Notes: generated by a model from the sequence alone, not told the origin. A stretch of DNA of 64,000 bases from Chara braunii (GCA_003427395.1 BFEA01000017.1:5270347-5334346); one strand, 5' to 3'. Numbered from the stretch's first letter, positions 35,295 to 49,043 are shown. A program made the numbers and translations.

Positions 35295-37901
35295 TGGCGC
35301 ACAACAGGGCCAGGTGGCAGAGATCTCGGAAGCCCGGAGCTGACAAAGTTGTGAAGATTATGCAATTGAAGTTGGCGTCAACATGACTCCTAGCTCGATC
35401 TAGTGCTTGTACATCATCCTGATACGCTGGGTTCCTCATTCATCTCCGATCTCCTTCGCCATGTGAAATAGCTCTCCCCCATGCAATCAGGAGATGGCAT
35501 AGTTTTGGAACCCCTTGAGTATCACATATGTGACACGCCAGCTTCCGGACCCGCGCCATCTCCCCCTCCCCCCCCCGGTCTTTGTCGAATTTTGGGTGAC
35601 AACCCGACGAGGCCTCTTTTTGTATTTTCATGAATGTAATATGCGGGACCCTTGGATCAGTTTTTGGAAATTTGTCTTTTGCAAATTCGGGAATTACATG
35701 GGAATTACGCGTGCCTTAGCGAGCGAGCTAGGAATTTGGGTCGACGGTTAGGAATTTCGGAATGAGCGGAATCTGACGTGTCTTTTCTTGCACATGAATG
35801 TTCTCAACTTCGTCTTGGAAAGCTCTGGGAATTTTCGTAGGAATCTGAATAGGTATAGGATTTTCTCGCGCGCTCGCTCTACTGCGCGGATATGGTACTT
35901 TTCAATTTGAATTAGCTGTAATTGTTTTGGTGCTCTTTTGCCTCCGCATCAGCGCCATGCATGCAAGCCTCCCCTCCCCGCTTCCCACGCTGCCTTCGAC
36001 ACTCTCTTCTTCGTGCTCACGCTCCTTCTCTCTGTGTAACCGTTTTCCATCTCTCCTTCAACCTTGCACGCCTTTTCTCTCCTTCTTGATCGTATGAATC
36101 TTGGTTCCGTTTCACGCTATTCTTCGTAGTCTTCTTTTTCCCGCTCTAATCCCCGCGCTGAAATACCCTGTCGACCNNNNNNNNNNNNNNNNNNNNNNNN
36201 NNNNNNNNNNNNNNNNNNNNCTCTAATCCCCGCACTGAAATACCCTGTCGATTCCCCCCCCCTCTTCACTCCCTGTAGCCAAGGAGACGCGCCGTGTAAG
36301 AAGGAAATTCCTGATACACAGCGATTCTGATTGGCTACAACTAGGATCCAAGGGATCGACATGGCTTTCGTCAGGCGAGTATCCTTGAGCCTTTCCCTAC
36401 TCCTCCCTGTCTCAGTCCTAACCCTTCCTAGCATCTATCTTCTTTTCCACAGTTATAAATTCCGCAAGCGCTCCTGAAAATCTCTCTCTCGACTCATCAG
36501 CCCGCTTCCAGGAAGCTGTGGCTAGGTGGTATGAAGGAAGGTGCGAGTCGAAAAGTCTTGACGAGCTGGCTGTAGTTTTAGCGCTCGGCATGATGGATCG
36601 CCGGACGGACTGTGGGATCCGAGCAGGGCTGTACAGAGACTAAGTCGGTGGGGTGACGATCGACACGTGACGGTCGGGATCGTCAATGCAAGTGAGACGT
36701 TCGAGTCGGAAGTGAGTGAGTGCATGGCCTAGGGCTATGGTGGAATTTTATGGCAGAAGTGCTTCCCTTTTTTATCCCAAACTTTGTATCTTCGATTGTG
36801 AATTCCGATCGCTCGGCTTTTAAGTCGGAACTTCCCTGGACAAGATTGCCTGACATTCTGTGATTGCTTTATACTCGTTCTTCCCTCCTGGTCTGCGTTC
36901 ATACTCTCTCTCTCTCTCTCTCTCCTCCGATCACGTTATATCGCAATGGATGAATTATAGTAACCTTGCTTCTCTCACTTCGGTATGTGCATGCGGTGAG
37001 TTGTGTTAGAGAGTTTGTTATAGCATGATTGTAAGGACGATTGGCTGATCGACTGAATGATCTGGTTGCCTGGAGTGTCAAACGAATGATGTATGATTAA
37101 AATCTGTTTTGAGCTTGCCTTTGCTGCCATGTGGACTGACGGCCCCAACCCAACCGGGCGCCAACTTCCCGTGCCCCCGCTGCGCCCCTTCCCATACAAC
37201 GTGGGAAGGATACATGTATGCAAGTGGGACGTACGAGAAGCCGTCGCCAAGATCGGAGGGCGTTACTACTTGCCTCCCGAAACTCGGTGTTCTGGATTCG
37301 TCGGTGCGGTTGTTTTTATCATCGATACGCACTTTCCGCCCTATTCGTTGTTGTTGCCATTCGACGAACTGATCGTCGTCCCGAGGACGGCAATGGAGCC
37401 CCATTGGCCTAACACTCTGTGCAGCGATTGTTGCCGCGTCGAGCGTTACCAGGCCAAGGGTTTTCACTACCGCACACGCGGCGAGAACGAGCACAAGGAA
37501 AAGGCTGCTCGATTGAGGCCCTCCACGTCGGACTTGGAGTTATGTAACGAGGGCCGACGAGACCTCATCCAAAAACGGGATACCAGGTGTGTACTCGCAC
37601 CCTTTCACGTGAAACGAAGAGCGACAGCTCGCTGGGAAGTCCAGCGATACTTTTTAGATTGAATTTCCCATATCTGCGAGTCCCGCGCGCGCCTTTTTCT
37701 CCCTTAAAACCCGCGCGGCGACGGACCTTCTTCTTACTACAGTCGGACCAACACGGGGGATTTCAGCTCTGTCTGTGTCCCCACACTCAATTTTCCAAAA
37801 ATCCTTGGCGCACCCCATCTTTGCTGCCCTTCCCTGGGCCCCCTTCCGGAATTCAAAACCCTCCGACCGGGAAGCAGCGCAGGGCGTTAGGTTGAGCGTC
37901 A
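35295..37901 (+). repeat. 3' LTR (~2.6 kb, contains a small N gap)
   Basis: Starts TGGCGCACAAC and ends GTTGAGCGTCA, an imperfect terminal inverted repeat. Direct repeat of the 5' LTR. Confidence 0.85.
37093..37662 (+). CDS. LTR-encoded hypothetical protein (189 aa, or 177 aa from ATG 37129) with CxxC motifs
   Basis: Intact in the 3' LTR. The homologous frame in the 5' LTR (26321-26880) is broken by a 13-bp deletion and a small indel near its 3' end. GCTGCCATG start context at 37129. Confidence 0.55.
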   Translation: MIKICFELAFAAMWTDGPNPTGRQLPVPPLRPFPYNVGRIHVCKWDVREAVAKIGGRYYLPPETRCSGFVGAVVFIIDTHFPPYSLLLPFDELIVVPRTAMEPHWPNTLCSDCCRVERYQAKGFHYRTRGENEHKEKAARLRPSTSDLELCNEGRRDLIQKRDTRCVLAPFHVKRRATARWEVQRYFLD

Positions 37902-39054
37902 CGGCCTCCTGGATGCTGTGTGTGGCCTGGCTGGAAGCTTCCAGTAGCTTCCGGTTGGGTCTCAGACCCCGCGCCCAGGCCCGAGACTACAGTTGAGGGC
38001 CTGGGCCCTTTTTAGTTGGGCACGGCCTCAGTCTCCGGACTTGGGTTGTTTGCTGCATCTGTAAAGGGCTCCCAGGCAGGTGCGTCGGCGGTACTGCTTT
38101 TGCAAAGGCCGGATAGCCTGCTTCCCAATGTATCGGCCCTGCTTTGTGTGTATGTGCCCAGGCGCTACTGTCAAGGTCTGGGCCAACTGTATGACGCAGC
38201 TTTGTGAGGCTCACGCGTCTACCCAACCAACTGGTGTGCTGCGAGAGCCTGAATACCCACATATGGAAATGTCGAATTCTTCCTCTGACGAATATTCAGG
38301 CCCGCCTTCACTTAGGGTGGGCACTCGGTTTGCTGGGGGCCTTAGACCAGATCATGTGATGTCTGATACGGCCCCATGAGGGCTTGTTCCTCGCACTATC
38401 AGCACCCCTAGCATTTACTCGGGCTGTTCTCCAAAAAAAAAAAAAAGAAAAAAAAAAAAGAACTCACAAAAAAAAAAGGCCCCGAAATATATTTTGGTGG
38501 GGGCTGAACCCCTTCAGGTTCGGACCCCGAACGCCCAAATGTACAGAGGTCGGCCTGGGGGCCTCCGTACGTACGGGCTGGTAACCATGCTTGAGGCCAA
38601 ATTTTGCACACAGCAACCTTGAACCCAAACGAAAACAGGCAAAAAAAAAAAAAAAAAAAAAAAAAAACTTCAAAAAAGTTAAGAAAACCTAATTTAAGTT
38701 TTGGACCTGTTAACCAAGGAGTTGAAAATGGGGTTCCCGTTAACCACTTGTGGGTTGTCTGAGAACTTCATCCTTCCTTTTGGGCCCGACCTTGTTTTCT
38801 GGGAAGCTCGGTCTCCATGTGTCGATGAGTTGCTCCCAAAAGCATTTTGTGTTCCCTCTGTCCTCCTCTTCTGGGGCTCGAGTCACATGAAACCCACAAA
38901 GGTGTTCATGATTTTGTATTTCTGGGAATAAGCGTAACAAATTCATTTTAATGGTGAAATGATTTTTTTTTTTTTTTTTTTTTTTCAAGGCTAATTCTTT
39001 AAGCCCAACCAATTGAATTACCTGTCGAATCTGGACCGGACAGCCTTTCAGGCC

Positions 39055-39431
39055 TTTTTTATTGTCATTATAGTATTACGGGGAACCCCGTAGCAGCCAC
39101 ATCTGTGCTGAAGCCTCCAGCGAGGGAACATGCAGGAGCTGCACCCACCAGCAGGTGCGATACCTGCTACAGGAGGTGGGCGATACCGGCCAGGGGTCAC
39201 CCGGTAGCATCAGGACCGAGCTTCTTCGTGGGCCAGTCACTGTGCCTCCCCTCCGGTCCCCTCCCCCTATGAACATCAGCAGTCTCTGCTCAGTGCCACT
39301 CGGGAGGACCAACAGCATATCTCTAGGTGGCGGGCGCCAAGCTTGCCCAGGCAGGTACATGGGGCCAATGGGGATTGAACCCAAGACCTCCTGAATGCCG
39401 CTTGCGTGCCTTACCAACTGAGCTAGGTCGC
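39055..39431 (-). mobile_element. tRNA-derived SINE
   Basis: Head GCGACCTAGCTCAGTTGGTAAGGCA...GAGGTCTTGGGTTCAATCCCCATTGGCCC carries Pol III A and B boxes, but the acceptor and anticodon stems are broken. About 300 nt of unique body follow, ending in an A-rich tail. No TSD found. Confidence 0.65.
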
Positions 39432-40347
39432 TGGATTTTTTGTGTCTTTTGACAGGGTAGTTATGAAAAGAGATCACTGTGACAAGTCTTTCCAACAATT
39501 TGTACATGCTACGTCCTCGTAGGGTGCTTTGACCTTTTTGCAGTGTGACAGTGCTTGCTTCTGCCATCTCTTGGGAGGGGCCACGTTTGGTTGAATATCA
39601 AGAAGAGGCCTGTCATGTTGGGTGGAGGATCGAAGGGCGTCAGCTCCATGATGCGATGCAGGGCTAAGACGGCACGCCCATCAGTCAGGGCGTGCCGTAT
39701 GTTGGTCGCCTTATCTTATCCTAGCCCCCCCTTTCCTTTAGGTTGCGTGACTGTCTGCTCTGCGCTGTGTGTGAGAGCTGGGTTTTCGACAGTGAGACGA
39801 GCTGTGATGTTGCTGTGTGTGAGAGTGACGAGTATGAGGGGGGGGCAGGAGAGAGGTGGGTTAGCTTGATGGCACTCTCCTATCCGGTAGAGGACGAGGG
39901 TGCCGCAGGTGATGGAGAGAAGGATTATGCCACTGATGACGCAGGTGAGTGGGAGGTTGATGATGAGAGGGTAGTTGGCGATGGTAACGCAGGTGAGTGG
40001 GAAGGGGAGTGGGGGTTATTGGCATAGGTGGAAACAGCGGCAACAGCAGCGGCGGCGTCAACGACAAAAGCAAGAGCGAATACATCAATAGTAACAACAA
40101 CAACATCAACATCAACAATACTGGAGGTGGAACAGGGGTGTAGGGCTGACGTGGTGGTTGTGGTAGACGACAGGCAAGGAAGGGGTGAGATTGACGAGAA
40201 GGTGGGATGGGTGACGGCGACAGGCAAGGAAAGGGTGCGATTGACAAGAAGGGTGGGATGGGTGACAATAACAACGACAACAACAACAATAACGGCGGCA
40301 AGCGGCGACTGAGTGAACTGGCTCAGACGGGCATGAAGGAGGATAGC

Positions 40348-40353
40348 AACAAC

Positions 40354-40387
<34 letters not shown>

Positions 40388-40392
40388 ACAAC
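40348..40392. repeat. (AAC)n microsatellite; similar runs at ~40265-40292 and ~42000-42046
   Basis: Seen directly. Confidence 0.95.
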
Positions 40393-42699
40393 AGTAACGA
40401 GAACAACGATGGTGATCAGGGACTCGGGGTAAAGGGTGAGGAGGTGCTCCAGTCTATTCGCGGGGAACAACACGTTCTGGGAACCGGTCCCAGCGTCCCA
40501 TAGCGAATTGTACAGATCATTGAGAAAATTTGAGATCATTTGAGATACCGGGGCCATTACCTGGCCTCGGCTGAGAACAGTCTGTGAACACGATGTGATT
40601 CAGAAAGCATGGGGAGGATCATGAATATGTAATGACCTATTAAGGAACTACTCATGCAATAGGCTGCCACAGAGGTCCTACGAATGCTCACAACCCTCAG
40701 GATCCATAACAAACCCTTCTAAAACTTTCCAACACAGTCTTACTCCCTGCTGAGCTCTTCCAGGCCTCACGCCCCCCCCTGCTGGGTTACAGGGCAACAC
40801 AACTTGCCCCAGCTCCAACCAGCGTCATCCCAGCAACAACCCTTGGTTGTCCCTTGGGATGCCCACCCCAAAGCATCCCCAGATCTCTCTACCAGGCCTC
40901 ACGCTCCTGCATCAGCAGGTTACAGGGCAACACCTCAGCACCGGCCAGCATCGTTCTGGCATCGAACAGCCGCAGATCACTGAGTATAACAGCTTCAAAA
41001 CCGCCTAAGATGGGTTGCTAAGAGTCTCTAGAGTCCTAAGACATTCATAAGAACAACCGACTTTTTTCCACTATTCAGACTCTACCAAGTCACTAGAATA
41101 CGTGTGTCAAAAAGCCTCCCAACCACGAATCAGATAGGTGAAACCTATTCAATCCACCTATGACCACCACCAGCATGGCTGTTTTCAGCACGAACCGAAG
41201 CTCTTTCAGGCCTCATGCTCCCATCAGGTTAGGTTACAGAGTTGCACCACCTTGCTCCAATTACGACCCCCGATGACCACTGAGACTGCCCCCACAAACA
41301 GCCCCTCAGAGCTCTCTACCAGGCCTCACGCCCCCACTAAGCTAGGTCACAGAGTTGTGCCACCTGGCTCCGGCTCAGGCCAGCGTTGCTCCAGCATCGG
41401 TCTTCGAGGGCCACCAAATTTTCGACCACCCTTCGCAGGATCACAGATGACTTGCCAGATAGCACCTATTTCTACAACCTCCTCGAGAGGCAAACCAAAT
41501 GGAAAGAAATAGTAAACTGGATGATAGACTTCTTCGAGAGAGATCACCCCTCCCTCCCCCTACGCGTACCCCCTCAGCCCTACACTGCCTCCGCCGAGGT
41601 GAGTCACCCACTCTCCCTCGGCCCCAATATAGGACCAACCCTCTACCCCCCTTTCCCTAGGAGCACGCAGTTCCCACCTAAAGCATGCCGCCCCGCCCTT
41701 GCCCATCTCTGCCTCCGCAGGGACTGATGTTGACCCACGCACCAGCCCCTGCCCCAGAATAGGGCAACCCCCTACTCCGCCCCTACCCTCTTTGAGACAT
41801 TCACCCCCCACCTTGTGATGCCCCTGCAAGATAAAGCTCCCCCCACCCCCTTCCTACCGTCAGCCCTCCGGGAACGATCCGATCCAGTCGACTACAGTTA
41901 TTGATGACACACTTACCAAAATGTCGTTCGCAATCTGGAAAAGCAGGGCCTCTTCAAAAATATGCAATAACCCCCGAAAACACCCTACAACGATGGTGAT
42001 AACAACAACAACAACAACAACAACTACAACAACAACAACGACAACATCTACAAGGGGCAGGGAGTGGAGCTTTTGCATCCAAGCTCCTTATCAGCATCAC
42101 GGGAAAGACGCCGCCATCAGTACAGTGGGGGAGAATTAGTGGTTTGTTGCGGCTGGTGAAGTGGGGTTTCAGGTTGGAGGTAAGATTTACGGTTCCCCCC
42201 CACCCCTATCTGGTGTTTTCTCATGACGAATCGTGCTCTCTTCTGGTGCCGGGTGGGGAGAGGATAGATGATAGCTCTGAGATGATTTGCCTTGATTGCC
42301 TCTCATCTTCCTAACCCTCAACGCTTTTACGAGCAGGAGGTCAATCCTTCCCCTGGGTTGGAAGTAATCAATGCCTCTGCTCTGTTTGGTGATACAGGTG
42401 AGCCAAGTGCATATATGGTCGGCTTCCAGCTCACATACAGTACATCAACCCTGGGGTTTTGCTTTATATCGGGGTTAGGGTTTGATGTCTGGATTGTTTT
42501 ACAGAATTGGGCTTCATGCCCCGCTTACCATGATCATATGCTGGGGTAGGGGATAGGGTTTTCCCTTCACGGGAAAAGTATAAATCGATAATGGATTGAT
42601 GTACATATACAGACAGTTTCTGACTGTAGGACATGATAGGCTCATCTGGCACAGATTGCTTAACGTGCATGCATAGGTAGTTGGAGACATCGATACAGC

Positions 42700-43322
42700 T
42701 CTGCATAGGGCCGCTGGACCCGATTTCCAGCAGACTCATTCACATCATCGTACAGGGACGCTGGACCCAATTTCCAGCAGCTAAGACAGACAGATCAATC
42801 CCCTGGGCCCCAGGGTAATCAATGCTGGCAGGAACCCCCCTCGAGCATTTCTGATTCTTTTCCCACACAACTCAAACTCTACCTGTATAAGGGGCGCTGG
42901 ACCCGTTTTCCAGCAGGTGATGCTCCCCACCAATAGATGGAGCCCTCCCAGGTGCTAGTGGTGTTTGCTCTTACCAGCACCACTAACACTAGCGGGGGTT
43001 TTTATTGAAAAAAAAAAGAGAAAAAAAAAAGATTGGACAGTATCGGACTGTAGGACATGATAGGTCCATCAGACAGATTCTTCCAGCAGATAAGACAGAC
43101 AGATTGGATAGTGTCGGACTGTAGGACATGAGAGGTCCATCAGACACAGATTGCTTAACGTGTATGCATAGGTAGTTGGATATACCAATACGTCTCTGCA
43201 TAGGGACGCTGGACCCGACTCCCAGAAGAATTCATTCACATCATTGTACAGGGACACTGGACCCCATTTCCAGCAGATACATTCACATCACTGTACAGGG
43301 ACGCTGGACCGGATTTCCAGCA
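42700..43322 (+). repeat. Degenerate ~46-bp minisatellite carrying a GCTGGA...TCCAGC hairpin
   Basis: Unit similar to TTCACATCATTGTACAGGGACGCTGGACCCGATTTCCAGCAGATAC, repeated at ~42705-42780 and ~43203-43322, and inverted at ~50255-50325. Confidence 0.85.
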
Positions 43323-45724
43323 GGTGTAGCTCCCCACCAATAGATGGAGCCTTCGACGCTGGGACCTACTTACCGGGGATGCTCTTATCACCTCGTTAAG
43401 TAGGTTTCCCGTACACGAAGGTTTCCCGTTTACTAGGTGCGAGTGATACGTTAGTCACACAACCTAAAGGAAAGGGGGGGCTACGAGCAGCCTCCTTTAA
43501 TACAGATAATCCCTAGCCCCGGTCCAGAACAACTTTAGTAGGGGGGGTGATACAAGCAGCCTCCCCTTATACGCGTTCTGGTTACCCCAATCTATTGGTG
43601 GGGAGCCGCACCTGCTGGAAAATGGGTCCAGCATCCCAATTGAATACATATGGGAAAATTGGAAGTCGTGATATGTGAAGTTTTGTTTATCTGGGTTCCT
43701 TGTCCACAGGAAGGCCGCAGCCCTACATCAGGTGTGCTTTTGAAAGTCTGGGGAGGGGAACCAGATCGGAGTGGCATACCACATCGCAGACAGTATCGAG
43801 TTGTTTAGAGCCAAGGTTCTAAAGGGTAGTCAAGTGTGTTCTCCCTGCCAACTGTGCATTTCATTGATCACTGACACCAGCAAGGAGGCTGCCGACATAG
43901 GGTGACAGCCTTTCATGCTCAAGCTGATTCCGAAAAAGTGAATGGGAGCAGAAGGGTCTGCCCACAACAAGCCCTCAAGGGACAGTTCTACCGGGGGGGG
44001 GGGGGGGGGGGGGGGGGATCTGCAAGCCACCAACCAATTGTTGTAGACCAACTGACTTTCATTTCCGAAGCTGGCAGGGGGAGGTCTTCTCAACTTTTCT
44101 CAAAAAAAGATCCTTGTTGAAGTTGTAAATGTCCTTATGGGATGCTGGACCCGGTTTCCAGCACGTGCTGCTCCCCACGAATAGATTGGAGCGTTTGTTT
44201 GAAAAAAACAAAAACAAAGAAAAGAAAAGCTTGCATCGCTCTTGTAAGGGCTTGGAAGGAGGAGGTGGAGGCTCTAACAAGGACCTTCAGTTCATCGGCA
44301 AATAGGAGGATAGTTGGCAGGTGAAGTGTTTGACCTCTTTCATCTTTGATGTTTTTTCAGCAGCGAGCAGCTAAATATAACCACTTCAGCGCGACTTCAG
44401 GTAACCCACAAGCAACCCCTAGCTTCTTGAAGAATTCTTCTTCTGTTTTTTTTTTTAAGCCCAGGGTGTTGTAGAGGCCAAGGACCAGACCCGCGGCGAT
44501 TGCTCGCAGTGGCAGCAATGGTTGTCCTGAAAGGATAGGCCACCTACCCTACCCATCCCCACGTTCATACTCCCAGTGCACCCCCTGTCCCTACTATCCT
44601 ACCTCAGTGTGACCAGCACTCAGGACCATCACCCTACCAGTATCGAGGGCAACTTGGGCCAGACAGCAATGACAAGCACCAAGGCTGGGGCCAATCCCCC
44701 AGCCCTAGTGGAAGCGGAAGCGGATGAACCTTGCGGTAAAGGAGAACGGCTAGGAATAACATTGGAAGTACATAACCACGGACATATACAGAACCAAAGC
44801 CAAGCCACCCCAGGTGCTGTCCACTCGGCCATCCTGAACCGGCCTCAACCTTCGTGTCCTCGGACCAGAACTCTGCAATGACTTGCTGATTTGGCTGCTG
44901 CATTTGTCTGCGAGGCTGTACAGTACAGTTTAGGGACAGATTCGTAATTTTGTTTCCACTAAGGGCTAACCGTGGTATCCGCCAGGGGGGAAATTCGTGA
45001 GGGATATATCTGCAAATTTGCAGAATTTCAGGCCCGCACTAATCTGGAATTCCTACAGTGACCCTAATAGCAGACCTGGGCTACCACACGAACAGACAGG
45101 CCTACGGGCCTACGCTGATAGACTGGTCCTATAGCCTAAAGCCGGGTAGGGAGAGGCCCTAGACGCCGAAACTGAAACGGTACCGGTCGGTCCAGTCCGA
45201 GTCTAGGGTTAGGCTAGAGCTATTAATAGGACTGAGTCAGTCGAGTTGTTTTTTTTTTTTTGGAACTTTTGGCTTTTGTTTTGCCAGGAGACGTGAGCAG
45301 GGCCAACGAAGGAAGGAAGGTGACAATTGACTGCAGGGGGCATCCTGAGTCCCTCGTCAGAGGACAGCCATAGCCAGACCTCTGGGGCCCGCCATAGCTG
45401 GGGCGCCCTCCACGCGCTTGCCCTTGAGGGTGTTTGCAATCGTCTGGGCGATCGGGAGGCTCTACACAGCTGTTTGTGGGTGGACCGCTGCTGCTGCTAC
45501 TCTTTCGGAGGTTGCTGTGTGGCAGAGACAGTGGTGCTGCAGCCATAGGTGCAGCTTTTGATGTCAGAGACTCTTCATCTTCATCAGGAACTTGGCGCTG
45601 GCCTCCTTCTTCATCATTCTGGTTGGCGCTGGCCTCCGAGAGGCCGTTTCAGAGTGGCGCTACTAGCAGTGTGGCATATTGCGCAGCCACACGGGCCTGC
45701 AAGGCCCGACCAGACAGAAATTCA

Positions 45725-45865
45725 GGGCCCTACAGGCCCTGTGTCGTTTCAGCCTAAAAGCCTGAAAACGAGGGCCTACAGGCCCTGTGTCGTTTCAGCC
45801 TAAAAAGGGCCCTCCAGGCCCTGAGTCTTTTCAGCCTGAAACGGAGGGCCATTTTCAGGCCCTCA
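45725..45865. repeat. Short tandem repeats resembling DNA-transposon subterminal repeats
   Basis: GGCC(C)TACAGGCCCTGTGTCGTTTCAGCCTAAAA occurs twice, plus a degenerate third copy. Confidence 0.75.
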
Positions 45866-46421
45866 TAAGATCGACCTGCCCTGAAACTTAGGCACCAGAC
45901 CAGGGTTTTATCACAGGCCATTTTGGGCCTGTTTTCAAGACAACCTTTGTTTGAACTTCAACGCCAGAGTCTGGCACGTTTTGGCATTGACAAGAGCAGC
46001 CTCCTGGACGGGCCAGCACTATATAAGACTGGCCCGCCCTACAGGCTGCAGGCAGTGACGAGGTAGTTCATAGGGACTTCCCAGGCACTTCACGTGCAGG
46101 AGGCAGGAGGTAGTCTTCAGGATTCGGCAGCAGCACTGTGATTTCTGAGCCTATTGAAATGACTCAAGAATTTCGTTATTTTGATTTTTCGAGTCCTTGG
46201 GTCCCTGGAGATGGATATAACTAATAAAAAGAAAATGTAATCCCGGGTGAGAAGAGAGCGTTATCAGTAGTCTTCAGCGCTGGGCGCTTTTAGGAGTTAG
46301 AGTAGCGTTAGAGAGAGAGAGATGGTTGGCGGAGGCCAGGGAGACTTACCTGTGGCGCCATAGCGCCAGCTTCATCTTCGATGTACCTGCAACAAGGCGC
46401 GACCTTCACAGGTTAGTACCA

Positions 46422-46672
<251 letters not shown>

Positions 46673-47962
46673 TATCTGCAGACTACGAGAGAGATAGAGA
46701 GATTGGTGACTTTGGGACTTGACGACATTTGGATTCAGACTCGACATTGGGATTGAGACATTGGACGAGGGATTATTTGGGACCTGTACCGAAGACTTGG
46801 TGTTGACGACATTCCCATCTTTCCCTTTTCTTCGTCTAACCCCCCCTCCTCTTCGTCTGTGTATGGTTGGGGACTGGCTCATTCTTCCTGTGTGAGCGCC
46901 CCTTCACACCATGGAATGATGATGACGTATGTTTGGTCTGCATTGCAACCTTGATTGTTCAGATCATTGGTATATTAGCCTTCCGCTGCGCTATCTTGTA
47001 CTATGTTCTGGTCTGCACCTTTACGGTATGCGACAAACAGAATGTAAGAGTTGGTGTGTAGTTTAGGTTTCAGTGGTGGGGAAACATTCAGAGAGAACTC
47101 TGTAACGTTCGGGGTTTATCTTGGCTCAAACTTGGTTACGTTCTGTTGTGTTTCTCATGGTCTGATTGGTTGTTGCGAGCATCGTCAGAGAGAGAAACAC
47201 TGTGTGTTGCCTCCACACTCTGTGCATATTTGCTTTCCGCTGCTTACTCTGTCTGTGTGCAGTGTGTGACTCTGCCTCCTCTCCCCTTCTTCTTATGCAA
47301 GTATGGCATGTGTGAGATTGCCTGTGTGTGACTGTTGATTGAAATCGACAGACAACCAAATTCATAACAACTCTACCAGGCCTCGCACCCCTCCATGCTC
47401 AGTTACAGGGTGGCGCACCCACCCCAGCTACGGCCAGTGTTGTCCTCCGGTAGCTCACGGATGGCCACTGGAATTGCCTCCCACCCCCCCCCGGTTTCTC
47501 TACCAGGCTTCATGCCCCTGTGCCTAACTCAGGCTACAGGGCAGCATGACCACGCCCCAGCGCCAGCCAGCTCCGTTCTGACATCGGCCTCCGTCAACTA
47601 AGTCATACCAAGGAATTTGCAAGTGACCCTCCGCCAAACGTTGTTTCAGCTTCTTTGTATATTTTTTCCATAGTTTTTTTTTTCCTTCTTGGGCTTTCGT
47701 GTTCCTTTTTTTTTTTTTTTGTGCTTAGGCTCCCCAGGATCTGGCCCACGACCTCGCCCACATCTGACCCAGCTACGCCACCAAGGCAGCTAGACCCAGG
47801 CCGGGCACCTGACCCAGTAAACCTTGATGGCATGTCATAACAGCAGGGAAGGGATCCGCACGGAGCACGGGAGAAAAAGTGGCAGAAATTTCACAAGAAC
47901 TTCAAGAAGCAAATATGTTGTTCTGTTATATCATTCAATTTCAATGGAGGAGAAGAGCTTTG

Positions 47963-48060
47963 GTCCTCAGGCACATCTGTAAGAATTGGGAAGATGCTCA
48001 GAACATTAGCATGGGCCCAGCACAATGATAACACGCAGAAATCAAGAAATGGTCCAAAAA
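47963..48060 (+). pseudogene. U6: U6 snRNA pseudogene
   Basis: GTCCTCAGGCACATCTGTAAGAATTGGGAAGATGCTCAGAACATTAGCATGGGCCCAGCACAATGATAACACGCAGAAATCAAGAAATGGTCCAAA is colinear with plant U6. The ACAGAGA box is destroyed. Confidence 0.85.
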
Positions 48061-49043
48061 ATACAAATGAGATGAGTGTTGTCATCAACGACTTTCTTTT
48101 CTTTTCTCATTAACATTTTGCCAGTGCTGTGGAACTGATACCTTTTTCTGTGAATGTGTGACCTCATTTGTTTTGATATGAGGGGGGAGGAGGGGGGAGG
48201 GGGGAGAAGGGGGGAAGGGGATGGTGGGGGGGGCAAAGGATTGTAACAGAGGTTGAAACAGTAGTAGAGCCCATTGCAATGCCTTTTGGCCAAGTGGGCA
48301 GTAAACAGGATCTGTCATCGGAAAGTATTCTTGTGGATCTGGAAGACCTAGGAAGGATTCTCTCCGACGATGACGCGGCACTTTCTCAGGCAAAGACAGC
48401 TTAGTCTCTTCCAATTCAGTTGAGATTCTTTTCCTTAACTTTCACCCTCGCCCGCTTGGTTGTTCAGCTTGTCATTGAAACTGCCAGTGCTCGAAAGCCT
48501 CTTCTGCTGGACCAGCAAGTCTCTACGCGCTACCCCAATGGCCAGCCGTTTACTGGAGGGATCTGCAGCCTCTTTGTTTATCTTATGGTTGTAATCTTTC
48601 ATCCGGTGGGAACCCCAACTCCCCGAAATCGGTACCTTCATGCAGCCATTTTGGGACTCCCAATGGGACCAGTCTCCCGATGGGCCCTAACTGGTACTAC
48701 TCCAATGGAGGACAGCGAGCCATTTAGGGAAGCCATCTGTGGCCCCCTTGTAGAGACAATTGCAAGCTATGGAAAGCTACAGCGGTTTGAATTCCTTCGG
48801 CACTGTATCGGTACTCCTCCCCTGCTTTTTTTCTTTTAACAGTATCCATCTGTATGTTCAGTTTTGGAATCAAATTAATCAATGCATTGTCCTTTGTTTT
48901 TACAACCTCGAGTGAATGTGAAAAGGTAAAAGTTTGGTCTTCCAGCAGGTGTGGCTCCCCGCCATCAGTCCGGGAGGCAAAGCCTCAATCTCGGTGGTTC
49001 CCTTACCACTACCGGGATAGAGGCCTTGCACAACAGCCACCAA

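Larger units (their letters stand above)
25135..37901 (+). mobile_element. Near full-length Ty3/gypsy LTR retrotransposon with PHD finger and extra ORFs (degraded)
   Basis: Direct LTRs, Met-tRNA PBS, gag with zinc knuckle, PR (ALVDTGSS), RT (CIDYRKLN, YMDD), RNase H, PHD, INT, extra ORF and PPT. Many in-frame stops and frameshifts. Confidence 0.95.

Noticed and set aside
39362-39431. Functional tRNA gene
   Set aside because: The acceptor and anticodon stems do not pair; treated as a SINE head.
40755-40800. Twister ribozyme, suggested by GGTTACA
   Set aside because: The conserved AAGC loop and matching pseudoknot partners are absent.
41386-41727. LINE ORF2 C-terminal remnant (also 48420-48839)
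   Set aside because: Protein-like, but no diagnostic motif could be identified.
43364-43378. U1 snRNA 5' end (TACTTACC)
   Set aside because: Similarity does not extend, and the segment is one arm of the repeat's hairpin.
47066-47086. LTR end plus PBS (TTTCA-G-TGGTGGGGAAAC)
   Set aside because: No partner LTR or gag follows, and no matching tRNA 3' end was recognised.
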